Notes under the pieces: generated by a model
The model's database searches: none
Seen by the model: only the letters and a program-made list of their open reading frames with translations
What the model was told of the DNA's origin: nothing
Position numbers and translations under genes: made by a program
Part shown: in pieces, positions 39,273 through 48,330 of the stretch
Numbering within the stretch: position 1 is the stretch's first letter
Layout: every line of letters begins with the position of its first letter
Assembly (NCBI RefSeq): GCF_057098645.1
Contig: NZ_CM169472.1
Length of the DNA: 64,000 bases
Reading direction: 5' to 3' (one strand)

Positions 39273-40526
39273 ATGCTGGAACAAATGGGCATTGCCGCGA
39301 AGCAAGCCTCGTATAAATTAGCGCAACTCTCCAGCCGCGAAAAAAATCGCGTGCTGGAAAAAATCGCCGATGAACTGGAAGCACAAAGCGAAATCATCCT
39401 CAACGCTAACGCCAAGGATGTTGCTGACGCGCGTGCCAATGGCCTCAGCGAAGCGATGCTTGACCGTCTGGCACTGACGCCCGCACGGCTGAAAGGCATT
39501 GCCGACGATGTACGTCAGGTGTGCAACCTCGCCGATCCGGTGGGGCAGGTAATCGATGGCGGCGTACTGGACAGCGGCCTGCGTCTTGAGCGTCGTCGCG
39601 TACCGCTGGGGGTTATTGGCGTGATTTATGAAGCGCGTCCGAACGTGACGGTTGATGTCGCTTCGCTGTGCCTGAAAACCGGTAACGCGGTGATCCTGCG
39701 TGGAGGCAAAGAAACCTGTCGCACTAACGCGGCAACGGTGGCGGTGATTCAGGACGCCCTGAAATCCTGTGGCTTACCGGCGGGTGCCGTGCAGGCGATT
39801 GATAATCCTGACCGTGCGCTGGTCAGTGAAATGCTGCGTATGGATAAATACATCGACATGCTGATCCCGCGCGGCGGGGCTGGTTTGCATAAACTGTGCC
39901 GCGAACAGTCGACGATCCCGGTGATCACAGGTGGTATAGGCGTATGCCATATTTACGTTGATGAAAGTGCAGAGATCGCTGAAGCATTAAAAGTGATCGT
40001 CAATGCGAAAACTCAGCGTCCGAGCACATGTAATACGGTAGAAACGTTGCTGGTGAATAAAAACCTCGCCGATAGCTTCCTGCCCGCATTAAGCAAACAA
40101 ATGGCGGAAAGCGGCGTGACATTACACGCAGATGCAGCTGCGCTGGCGCAGTTGCAGACAGGCCCCGCGAAGGTGGTGGCTGTTAAAGCCGAAGAGTATG
40201 ACGATGAGTTTCTGTCATTAGATTTGAACGTCAAAATCGTCAGCGATCTTGACGATGCCATCGCCCATATTCGTGAACACGGCACACAACACTCCGATGC
40301 GATCCTGACCCGCGATATGCGCAACGCCCAGCGTTTTGTTAACGAAGTGGATTCGTCCGCTGTTTACGTTAACGCCTCTACGCGTTTTACCGACGGCGGC
40401 CAGTTTGGACTGGGTGCAGAAGTGGCGGTAAGTACACAAAAACTCCACGCGCGTGGCCCAATGGGGCTGGAAGCACTGACCACTTACAAGTGGATCGGCA
40501 TTGGTGATTACACCATTCGTGCGTAG
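39273..40526 (+). CDS. proA: gamma-glutamyl phosphate reductase
   Basis: 417-aa ORF, aldehyde dehydrogenase fold; proBA operon. Confidence 0.93.
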   Translation: MLEQMGIAAKQASYKLAQLSSREKNRVLEKIADELEAQSEIILNANAKDVADARANGLSEAMLDRLALTPARLKGIADDVRQVCNLADPVGQVIDGGVLDSGLRLERRRVPLGVIGVIYEARPNVTVDVASLCLKTGNAVILRGGKETCRTNAATVAVIQDALKSCGLPAGAVQAIDNPDRALVSEMLRMDKYIDMLIPRGGAGLHKLCREQSTIPVITGGIGVCHIYVDESAEIAEALKVIVNAKTQRPSTCNTVETLLVNKNLADSFLPALSKQMAESGVTLHADAAALAQLQTGPAKVVAVKAEEYDDEFLSLDLNVKIVSDLDDAIAHIREHGTQHSDAILTRDMRNAQRFVNEVDSSAVYVNASTRFTDGGQFGLGAEVAVSTQKLHARGPMGLEALTTYKWIGIGDYTIRA

Positions 40527-40640
40527 ATAAAACCGGGTGATGCAAAAGTAGCCATTTGATTCACAAGGCCATTGACGCATCGCCCGGTTAGTTTTACCCT
40601 TGTCCACCGTGATTCACGTTCGTGAACATGTCCTTTCAGG

Positions 40641-40716
40641 GCCGATATAGCTCAGTTGGTAGAGCAGCGCATTCGTAATGCGAAGGTCGTAGGTTCGACT
40701 CCTATTATCGGCACCA
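40641..40716 (+). tRNA. thrW: tRNA-Thr (CGT anticodon)
   Basis: gccgatatagctcagttggtagagcagcgcattcgtaatgcgaaggtcgtaggttcgactcctattatcggcacca, 76 nt. Confidence 0.95.
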
Positions 40717-40843
40717 TTTAAATCAAGTAGTTACTCCATATTTAAATACACCACCTTTTCCTGCTGTGCCGTATTTGTGCCATTGTAACCCTGGCAATTA
40801 ATCAAAATACTGTTCTGACATCAGGCAATACAGGTGCAGACAT

Positions 40844-41743
40844 TTAAGCCAATTGCTGCCGCCATTCCTTGACGTGGTCAATCAGGGCGCGGAGCTTTGG
40901 TGCAATATTGCGACGCTGTGGGAAATACAGATAGAAGCCCGGAAATTGTGGAAGAAAGTCATCAAGCAGAGATACAAGCTTACCGCTTTCAATATATGGC
41001 CTGAAAGTTTCCTGAGTGGCAATTGTTATTCCTCCGCCGGCAAGAGCCAGCCTCAACATCAGACGCAGATCATTAGTCGTAATCTGTGGTTCAATCGCAA
41101 GGTCGAAAGCTCTCCCGTTTTCTTCAAATGGCCAGCGATAAGGCGCAACATCCGGGGATTGACGCCAGCCGATACACTTATGATTCACAAGTTCACGCGG
41201 ATGAACAGGTGTGCTGTTGGCTGCGAGATAGGAGGGAGAGGCAACGACCATTTCACGCTGCCTGCCGGTAAGGGGCACAGCAATCATGTCTTTTTCAATG
41301 ACCTCTCCGAGCCTTACGCCAGCATCGTAACCTGCGGCCACGATATCGAATTCCTCATCCGTTACAACAATATCAAGCGTAACGGCTGGATTGGCAGCTG
41401 CAAACGAAGCGATTAGCGGACCTGAAAGAAATTCTTCTGCTATCGACGTCACCGCGATTCTGAGAAGTCCGCGTGGCACATGGTCAGAAACCATCTCTTC
41501 GAACGCTGCCTCAATACCGGATAAAGGTAATGACAGCGATTTATGCAGCCGTTCTCCCGCTTCTGTCAAATTAACTGAGCGCGTGGTCCGCATTACAAGC
41601 ATTGTCCCGAATGCATCTTCAAGGCGTCTTATTCCCTGACTGACCGCTGAACGGGTAACGCCCAGCCGTGCGGCGGCTTTACTAAAATTACTCTCTTCTG
41701 CTACCGCGATAAAAATGGGTAAAAGATTAAGATCGATTTTCAT
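40844..41743 (-). CDS. LysR-family transcriptional regulator
   Basis: 299-aa ORF with N-terminal HTH; divergent from the SDR gene. Confidence 0.8.
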   Translation of the reverse strand: MKIDLNLLPIFIAVAEESNFSKAAARLGVTRSAVSQGIRRLEDAFGTMLVMRTTRSVNLTEAGERLHKSLSLPLSGIEAAFEEMVSDHVPRGLLRIAVTSIAEEFLSGPLIASFAAANPAVTLDIVVTDEEFDIVAAGYDAGVRLGEVIEKDMIAVPLTGRQREMVVASPSYLAANSTPVHPRELVNHKCIGWRQSPDVAPYRWPFEENGRAFDLAIEPQITTNDLRLMLRLALAGGGITIATQETFRPYIESGKLVSLLDDFLPQFPGFYLYFPQRRNIAPKLRALIDHVKEWRQQLA

Positions 41744-41841
41744 TGTTTAATGCTGCTAACCACTGAGTACATTGAAAGCAGGATACTGGAACCAATCATA
41801 AAGTTCTATTCTCTCTCCGAACACATTTGAAGGAGAACGTA

Positions 41842-42564
41842 ATGGATAAGGTCATATTAATTACCGGCGCATCAAGTGGTATTGGGGAAGGTATTGCCAG
41901 AGAGCTGGGAACGACAGGTGCAAAGGTTTTACTGGGAGCACGCAGAGTTGAGCGTATCGAAGCCATTGCAACCGAAATCTGCCGCGCAGGAGGAATTGCT
42001 AAAGCGCGGGAGTTGGATGTCACAGACCGACAGTCCATGGCCGATTTCGTGCAAGCAGCGCTGGATAGCTGGGGGCGAGTTGATGTTCTTATCAATAATG
42101 CGGGCGTTATGCCGCTTTCACCGCTTGCAGCAGGAAAACAAGATGAATGGGAGCTCACTATTGACGTGAATATCAAAGGTGTACTGTGGGGAATTGGCGC
42201 TGTACTTCCGGTGATGGAAGCACAGGGTTCCGGTCAGATAATCAATCTTGGTTCTATTGGTGCCCTTTCTGTTGTGCCCACAGGCGCAGTCTATTGTGCA
42301 TCAAAATTTGCAGTACGGGCTATTTCTGATGGCTTACGGCAGGAAAGCTCGAAAATCCGTGTGACCTGCGTAAATCCTGGCGTTGTCGAAAGTGAACTGG
42401 CTTCAACCATTACCCATGTGGAAACCATGAAGGCAATGGACGCCTACCGTTCTGTTGCACTTCAACCTGCGGATATTGCCCGTGCGGTAAGGCATATTAT
42501 TGAATCTCCCGAAAGCGTTGATACAACCGAAATTACCATCAGACCCACTGCATCTGCAAACTGA
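41842..42564 (+). CDS. short-chain dehydrogenase/reductase (SDR) family oxidoreductase
   Basis: TGASSGIG Rossmann motif, NNAG, YxxxK active site (YCASK); ATG at 41842 with aaggag RBS. Confidence 0.85.
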   Translation: MDKVILITGASSGIGEGIARELGTTGAKVLLGARRVERIEAIATEICRAGGIAKARELDVTDRQSMADFVQAALDSWGRVDVLINNAGVMPLSPLAAGKQDEWELTIDVNIKGVLWGIGAVLPVMEAQGSGQIINLGSIGALSVVPTGAVYCASKFAVRAISDGLRQESSKIRVTCVNPGVVESELASTITHVETMKAMDAYRSVALQPADIARAVRHIIESPESVDTTEITIRPTASAN

Positions 42565-42777
42565 AGAATAACTTTTACATTCACGTTTTATTAAATAGAT
42601 CAGAAGGAAGATTTATATATCCCTGTATTTTTCATAGCAAGATGCATTATGTATTGCTCACCCCGAAGGAGATGAAGGTTTAATTACAGAAAGATTATTT
42701 TCACAGGAAGTAAACATGACTCATGTTTAATGCCTTTATATATAAAACTCATTCTCTCAATTGTCAGGAGAATTAGC

Positions 42778-43008
42778 ATGAATACTATCTGTTCTTTAAT
42801 TGTTGTGGTTGCACTGTCTTTATTATCATTCAGTAGCGTCGCCAAAACGATTACTGCCGTCGGTTCAACCATTGACAGCACTGAAAAAGAAATTTCTTTA
42901 CAGGCAGAAAAACAAGGGAAATCATATAAAATTCTGGGCGCGTTTTTTAAGAACAGAGTTTATATGATAGCAAAGTTAACACCAGTCAGTAAAAATGATG
43001 CTTCATAA
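42778..43008 (+). CDS. small secreted protein, YdgH/BhsA/McbA-like (DUF1471)
   Basis: 76-aa product with signal peptide and short C-terminal domain ending ...YMIAKL; caggag RBS. Confidence 0.55.
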   Translation: MNTICSLIVVVALSLLSFSSVAKTITAVGSTIDSTEKEISLQAEKQGKSYKILGAFFKNRVYMIAKLTPVSKNDAS

Positions 43009-43204
43009 GGCTCATGGTATAATTTTAAGACATGATCAAGAAGCACGTCTATTGATTCAAAATTATCATTATGATGGCAATGGAATGCCCGACAAATGAC
43101 GCTATACCCACCTTCTGTACCAGTCGTTCTGCTAATTCTACCGATGCTTCGGTCTGGAGTAGTAAAGTAATATTGGACACAGTTTTATTTTCTCTCTTTT
43201 TCGA

Positions 43205-43450
43205 GGGCTGTATATCAACAGGAAGAATACATCCCTAAGCGGTTAATGCTGGCGTAATCAATAGACCAGCATTAATCACAGATGATTACCAATCAGACAG
43301 AAATGGTTAAATCGTCGAATTCATATTTAATACGTTTTCTTATGCCGCTGAACAGCTTGAAAAGGATGCATATTTTAAATATCAGTGAAATGAACAGTTT
43401 ATTGCCGTTATTAATAGAAATGGAGGGATAAATACGCGTATTCTACTGTT
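43205..43450. repeat. paralogous copy of the ykgMO-flanking sequence (copy A), containing a hairpin and a short 3' remnant of an rpmJ-like gene
   Basis: Aligns with 61858-61965 and 62686-62768; 43335-43367 resembles the 3' end of ykgO. Confidence 0.7.
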
Positions 43451-43709
43451 GCAACAAAAACAACGATATTGATCGGTTTTCATAATGAAGTAACCTGACA
43501 GATATGAAAATGTTGATTGAGGCTAAATGCCCGGATTAAGGTTGTCGAGGGGAGCCAGGTGGTTTTTTCTTTTGGATGATCTCCATTGCTGGATAGTCCC
43601 CTTGTACAGATAAGTCTGATCTTTCTCGCTCAAAGCAGACCCTGGAATTGAACGCAGAGGGACTACCTGACACAATTTTGCACAGTGAAGAGTCGGTCGT
43701 TATTAACGT

Positions 43710-44594
43710 TCAGATTTTCAATGTATCAATGACCATCCGCAGGGCGGGGGAGACGTTGCGATGAGGGTAATAGAGAAACAATCCCTCCATTCGCAGGCTG
43801 TAACGCTGCAACACCCTGATAAGCTTACCGTGTTCTAAATCATCCGCGACCAGTTCAACAGGAACATAGGCCAATCCGAGGCCCAGCCGGGCGGCTTCTG
43901 CTTCCATATAGCTGTCGGATAGGGCCCATTGCCCTTCAGGGCGATGAGTGATTTTTTTATCATCCTGATTGAGTTCCCACTGGTATACGCTGCCGTCGGC
44001 AAACTGATAGGCGATACAGGGATGCGCCTTTAAATCCGCCGGAGTTTGCGGAAAACCATAGCGACGAAAATGTTCCGGAGTCCCCACAATTGCCATCTCC
44101 ATATCGGGCGTGATGCGTACCGCGACCATACCCTGGCCGACTTCAGGCCCCAGGCGGACACCTGCATCGAATCTTTCCTCGATGATATCGACGAACCGGC
44201 TCTCATTTATCAGTTCAAGCCGGATATCAGGATATCGCTGTTTAAATACCGCCAGCTTTGGCAGCAGGCATTTATCAATTGCGTGCTGGCTGGCATTGAT
44301 ACGCACCGTGCCGGAGGGCGTCTCTCGATAGTGCGCCAGTGTGGCAAGCCCAAGATCTAACATTTCAAATCCAGATGCCGTCTTCTGGTAGAGCTGCTCG
44401 CCTGCTTGTGTCAGCGACAGTTTACGCGTGGTGCGCACTAGCAGCTGGACACCCAGCCTTTCTTCAAGCTCGCGAACAGAACGGCTGACTCCTGACTGCG
44501 CAAGACCCAGCCGTTTAGCCGCTGCGGTAAAGCTGCCTTCCCGCACCACCTGCATAAACAGGTACAGCTCGTTGTAGTTCTCCCTTTTCGCCAT
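43710..44594 (-). CDS. LysR-family transcriptional regulator
   Basis: 294-aa ORF with N-terminal HTH; divergent from the hydrolase-MFS pair. Confidence 0.8.
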   Translation of the reverse strand: MAKRENYNELYLFMQVVREGSFTAAAKRLGLAQSGVSRSVRELEERLGVQLLVRTTRKLSLTQAGEQLYQKTASGFEMLDLGLATLAHYRETPSGTVRINASQHAIDKCLLPKLAVFKQRYPDIRLELINESRFVDIIEERFDAGVRLGPEVGQGMVAVRITPDMEMAIVGTPEHFRRYGFPQTPADLKAHPCIAYQFADGSVYQWELNQDDKKITHRPEGQWALSDSYMEAEAARLGLGLAYVPVELVADDLEHGKLIRVLQRYSLRMEGLFLYYPHRNVSPALRMVIDTLKI

Positions 44595-44780
44595 TGAAAC
44601 ATCCCCCCTTCATGCCGGCAATCTTCGCATTAATTTATAACAATATGGTATTAATCTTAGCATTAATCGCCCCCTAATCAGCACTAATTCTGCTCACTAT
44701 AATGACCCCATCAAAGTAAAGCACCGCAGCGTTGTCCGTCGGAAACCTGTATCTCTCTGTTGTTTTTTATGGGGATTTTT

Positions 44781-45917
44781 ATGAAAGCCTTCACCCGAAT
44801 GCTAAAAACCGCGATGCCGGCCATGCTGCTTTTCGCATCATTAAGTGGAGTCACGACAATGAGTTATGCTGATCCAACCAATCCTAATGCCCCTGTGTCC
44901 ATGACAGATAAATGGGATAAAACGTTCGCCGAGAGCCAGAAAGTCGATCACCGTAAAGTCTCGTTCCCGAACCGATATGGCATCACCTTAGTGGGCGATC
45001 TTTACCTGCCTAAAGACCGTGGCGATCGCAAGCTGGCGGCGATTGCGGTCAGTGGGCCATTTGGCGCGGTGAAAGAGCAATCCAGCGGCTTGTATGCGCA
45101 GACGCTGGCGGAACGAGGGTTTGTTACCCTGGCGTTCGATCCTTCTTACACCGGGGAAAGCGGCGGCTATCCGCGAAACGTCGCCTCACCGGATATCAAC
45201 ACTGAAGATTTCAGCGCGGCGGTGGATTTCTTAGGGCTGCAAAAAGAGGTAGATCGCAACCGTATCGGGCTGCTCGGTATTTGTGGCTGGGGCGGCATGG
45301 CGCTGAACGACGCGGCGATGGATACCCGCGTTAAAGCGGTTGCTACCAGCGTGATGTATGACATGAGCCGGGCGATGGGCCATGGTGTGGGGGATGGCGA
45401 AGACCGTTATTCTACCGCCGACCGTCGTGCTGTTCTGCAATATCTGAATGAACAGCGCTGGAAGGATGCGCAGAGCGGAACGTTCGCTCACGGTGGTCAT
45501 GATATTAATGTCGATAGCAACGGCAAGGTCAGTGCGGGCGAGCGCATTCTGCCAGAAACGCTGCCGGCAAATCCTCATCCGGTACTGAAAGAGTTCTTTG
45601 ACTACTATCGCATGCCGCGCGGCTTCCACGAACGTTCCGTTAACTCTACCGGGGCGTGGACGGCAACGATGCCGCTGTCATTTATGAATATGCCGCTGCT
45701 GAGCTACGCCAGTGAAATCACCATCCCGACGCTGATTGTGACCGGTGAGAAAGCGCATTCACGCTATTTTGCTGAAGATGCTTACAAGGCGGTTGGCAGT
45801 AACGACAAAGAGCTGGTGGTGGTACCAGGGGCAAATCACGTGGACCTGTACGATAACGTGGCCGGAAAAATACCTTTCGCGAAGTTCGAACAATTTTTCC
45901 AGACCAAACTGAAATAA
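44781..45917 (+). CDS. secreted alpha/beta-fold hydrolase (dienelactone-hydrolase-like, Cys nucleophile GxCxG)
   Basis: Signal peptide; nucleophile elbow ICGWGG; C-terminal HVDLYD. Confidence 0.7.
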   Translation: MKAFTRMLKTAMPAMLLFASLSGVTTMSYADPTNPNAPVSMTDKWDKTFAESQKVDHRKVSFPNRYGITLVGDLYLPKDRGDRKLAAIAVSGPFGAVKEQSSGLYAQTLAERGFVTLAFDPSYTGESGGYPRNVASPDINTEDFSAAVDFLGLQKEVDRNRIGLLGICGWGGMALNDAAMDTRVKAVATSVMYDMSRAMGHGVGDGEDRYSTADRRAVLQYLNEQRWKDAQSGTFAHGGHDINVDSNGKVSAGERILPETLPANPHPVLKEFFDYYRMPRGFHERSVNSTGAWTATMPLSFMNMPLLSYASEITIPTLIVTGEKAHSRYFAEDAYKAVGSNDKELVVVPGANHVDLYDNVAGKIPFAKFEQFFQTKLK

Positions 45918-45937
45918 AACCTCTCCTGAATTGATGC

Positions 45938-45969
45938 AAAGCCACCGGTCTATGGCCGGTGGCTTTTAT
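45938..45969 (+). terminator. intrinsic terminator after the hydrolase gene
   Basis: Hairpin agccaccggtctatggccggtggct followed by tttt. Confidence 0.6.
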
Positions 45970-45992
45970 CCTGATCTTTGTGAAATTTCACT

Positions 45993-47186
45993 ATGTCGAC
46001 ACTAAGCCAAACACTATCACCTCATCATCAGCGCGCATACTGGGGCGGTATTTTTGCCATGACCCTGTGCGTGTTTGTGCTGATTGCTTCTGAATTTATG
46101 CCCGTCAGCCTGCTCACGCCGATTACCCGCGATTTAGGCGTGACGGAGGGGCTGGCAGGGCAGGGGATTGCTATCTCCGGCGCGCTGGCGGTTCTGACCA
46201 GCCTGACGCTTTCAACGCTAGCTGGAAAGATGAATCGTAAGTTCCTGCTGCTGGGGATGACGGTTCTGATGGCCGTATCGGGGCTTATTATTGCGCTGGC
46301 TACCAGTTATCTGATGTATATGGTCGGTCGTGCGATGATTGGTGTGGCCATTGGCGGATTCTGGTCGATGTCAGCGGCAACGGCGATTCGTCTGGTGCCG
46401 CAGCATCAGGTCACGCGTGCGCTGGCGATTTTCAACGCCGGTAATGCGCTGGCAACGGTCGTGGCCGCACCGCTGGGAAGCTATCTGGGGGCTACGGTCG
46501 GATGGCGAGGCGCTTTCTTGTGCCTGGTGCCTATCGCGGTTGTCGCCTTTATCTGGCAGTGTATTAGTCTGCCCAGCATGGATGCGAATAAAAGCCACGC
46601 GTCATTTGGCGCGGTATTCCGCTTATTTAGCCGCCGCATGGTCGTGGTCGGCATGATAGCTTGTGGCCTGTTTTTCATGGGGCAGTTTGCGCTATTCACC
46701 TATGTGCGCCCGTTTCTGGAGTCGGTGACACGGGTTAATTCCTTAGGCTTGTCGTTGATTTTGCTGATTATCGGCGTGGCCGGTTTTATTGGCACGCTGG
46801 TTGTTTCGACATTTCTCAACAGAAAATTCTACCCCACGCTGATGGCCATACCCGGACTGATGGCCGTCATTGCCATCGGTCTGATGCTTACCGGGCATCA
46901 CGTCTGGACGGTCTCGCTGCTGTTAGGACTCTGGGGCATGCTGGCCACCGCCGCGCCAACCGGATGGTGGACATGGATTGCGCGTACGTTGCCTGACAAC
47001 GCCGAAGCCGGAGGCGGGCTCATGGTCGCGGTGATTCAGCTCTCAATCGCCCTTGGATCAACGGCAGGAGGCATCGTGTTTGACCGCCTTGGCTGGCAGA
47101 GTACGTTTGCCATGAGTAGTGTGCTGCTCCTTTGCGCGGGCGTACTGACCTTTGTTACCGCACGCCAGAAGGCCGGTGCGCTTTAG
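45993..47186 (+). CDS. MFS transporter
   Basis: 397-aa ORF, hydrophobic with a 12-helix-like pattern. Confidence 0.8.
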   Translation: MSTLSQTLSPHHQRAYWGGIFAMTLCVFVLIASEFMPVSLLTPITRDLGVTEGLAGQGIAISGALAVLTSLTLSTLAGKMNRKFLLLGMTVLMAVSGLIIALATSYLMYMVGRAMIGVAIGGFWSMSAATAIRLVPQHQVTRALAIFNAGNALATVVAAPLGSYLGATVGWRGAFLCLVPIAVVAFIWQCISLPSMDANKSHASFGAVFRLFSRRMVVVGMIACGLFFMGQFALFTYVRPFLESVTRVNSLGLSLILLIIGVAGFIGTLVVSTFLNRKFYPTLMAIPGLMAVIAIGLMLTGHHVWTVSLLLGLWGMLATAAPTGWWTWIARTLPDNAEAGGGLMVAVIQLSIALGSTAGGIVFDRLGWQSTFAMSSVLLLCAGVLTFVTARQKAGAL

Positions 47187-47364
47187 TCCGGCGAGGGCGC
47201 GCGTTGCTGAATAAGTTACACAAGGCGATGAGCAACCACTATGGGTAGGGCGCTCTTTTAAACGATTTAGGTGATTTTCTAAAACGGCTACTGCAGATTT
47301 TTCTCTTAATTTATGGTATTTCCCCCGCAGGTGAGAAAGCGCTTTCCACGCCCGGCCGCAAGGA

Positions 47365-48321
47365 TCAGGACGACGGGGGCAGGCATGAATCCTCCTCCTG
47401 ATGGAGACGTACAGAGGCGACTTCTGCCAGCACGGAGAGTGCCAGAGTATGCGCATCCCGGGCTTTGGGGAATATCCCGACGGGTGCCCGGATTTGCGCT
47501 GTCTCCTCCCTGGACCATCCCAGCTCGTGGAGCTTTTGCAGACGTAAAGTGTGGGTTCGATAGCTGCCCAATGCGCCGAGATAAAAGGGTTTTGCCTCTC
47601 GCGCGGCCTGCAACACTGGCAGCTCCCGGTTGAGATCATGGCACAGCAAAATGACCGCCGTATCGGTATCGATCTGAGCGCTGGCTGAGGCCGGAAAAAG
47701 ATCGAAGATATGGCTGTCATAGCCTGTGGCTGCTGCAAGACTCGCGGTTGCCTGCGCCTCAAGAGAACGTCCGTAAATCATCAGCCTGACGCATGGCCTG
47801 AACCCCACCTCAAAGCCATTGAGATTCCAGCCCGTCCGGGTTTGCGTGGGCAGGCACACCAGCGATTGTGCTTGCGGATCGTAGCGCAGACCCGCCGGTT
47901 TTCTCTGTTCCAGGCGGTTCAGCACGGCGAGCAGAGGCTGTGCCGAGCGTAGTTTATGGAGCGTCAGCGTGATCCCACCGCCGCAGGGCAGAACGATGTC
48001 AAACCACGGCGAACCTTCGCCATAGCGAATTTCGCGATCGCGGCCTGAGCCCATCATCTCCAGCGCTTCAAAAGCGGCAGCGGCCTCCACGCAGCCGCCA
48101 GAGACAAAACCGCAGTAACGACCATCTTCGCGAACCACCATCTGCGCCCCGAGCGGGCGCGCCGCGCCGCCGTGTATCTCCATCAGCGTCACCAGCACCG
48201 CTCCTTTACCGGACATTAGCGCCTCTACGGCGAAGCGCAGAATGGTCCGGTGGTCATCGGTGAGAAACGCCTGCTCTGGCTTATGCCAGTGTTCGTCTTT
48301 ATCAAAAAGCGGGTATGACAT
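47365..48321 (-). CDS. paoD: XdhC-like molybdenum cofactor insertion chaperone PaoD
   Basis: 318-aa ORF with XdhC/CoxI signature; directly downstream of paoC. Confidence 0.85.
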   Translation of the reverse strand: MSYPLFDKDEHWHKPEQAFLTDDHRTILRFAVEALMSGKGAVLVTLMEIHGGAARPLGAQMVVREDGRYCGFVSGGCVEAAAAFEALEMMGSGRDREIRYGEGSPWFDIVLPCGGGITLTLHKLRSAQPLLAVLNRLEQRKPAGLRYDPQAQSLVCLPTQTRTGWNLNGFEVGFRPCVRLMIYGRSLEAQATASLAAATGYDSHIFDLFPASASAQIDTDTAVILLCHDLNRELPVLQAAREAKPFYLGALGSYRTHTLRLQKLHELGWSREETAQIRAPVGIFPKARDAHTLALSVLAEVASVRLHQEEDSCLPPSS

Positions 48322-48330
48322 TGTTCCTCC

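Noticed and set aside
40853-41639. 187-aa and 82-aa plus-strand ORFs
   Set aside because: Antisense to the LysR regulator gene.
47058-47762. 234-aa minus-strand ORF bridging the MFS gene end and paoD
   Set aside because: Arg/Pro/Cys-rich junk composition; it overlaps two well-supported genes on the opposite or a different frame.
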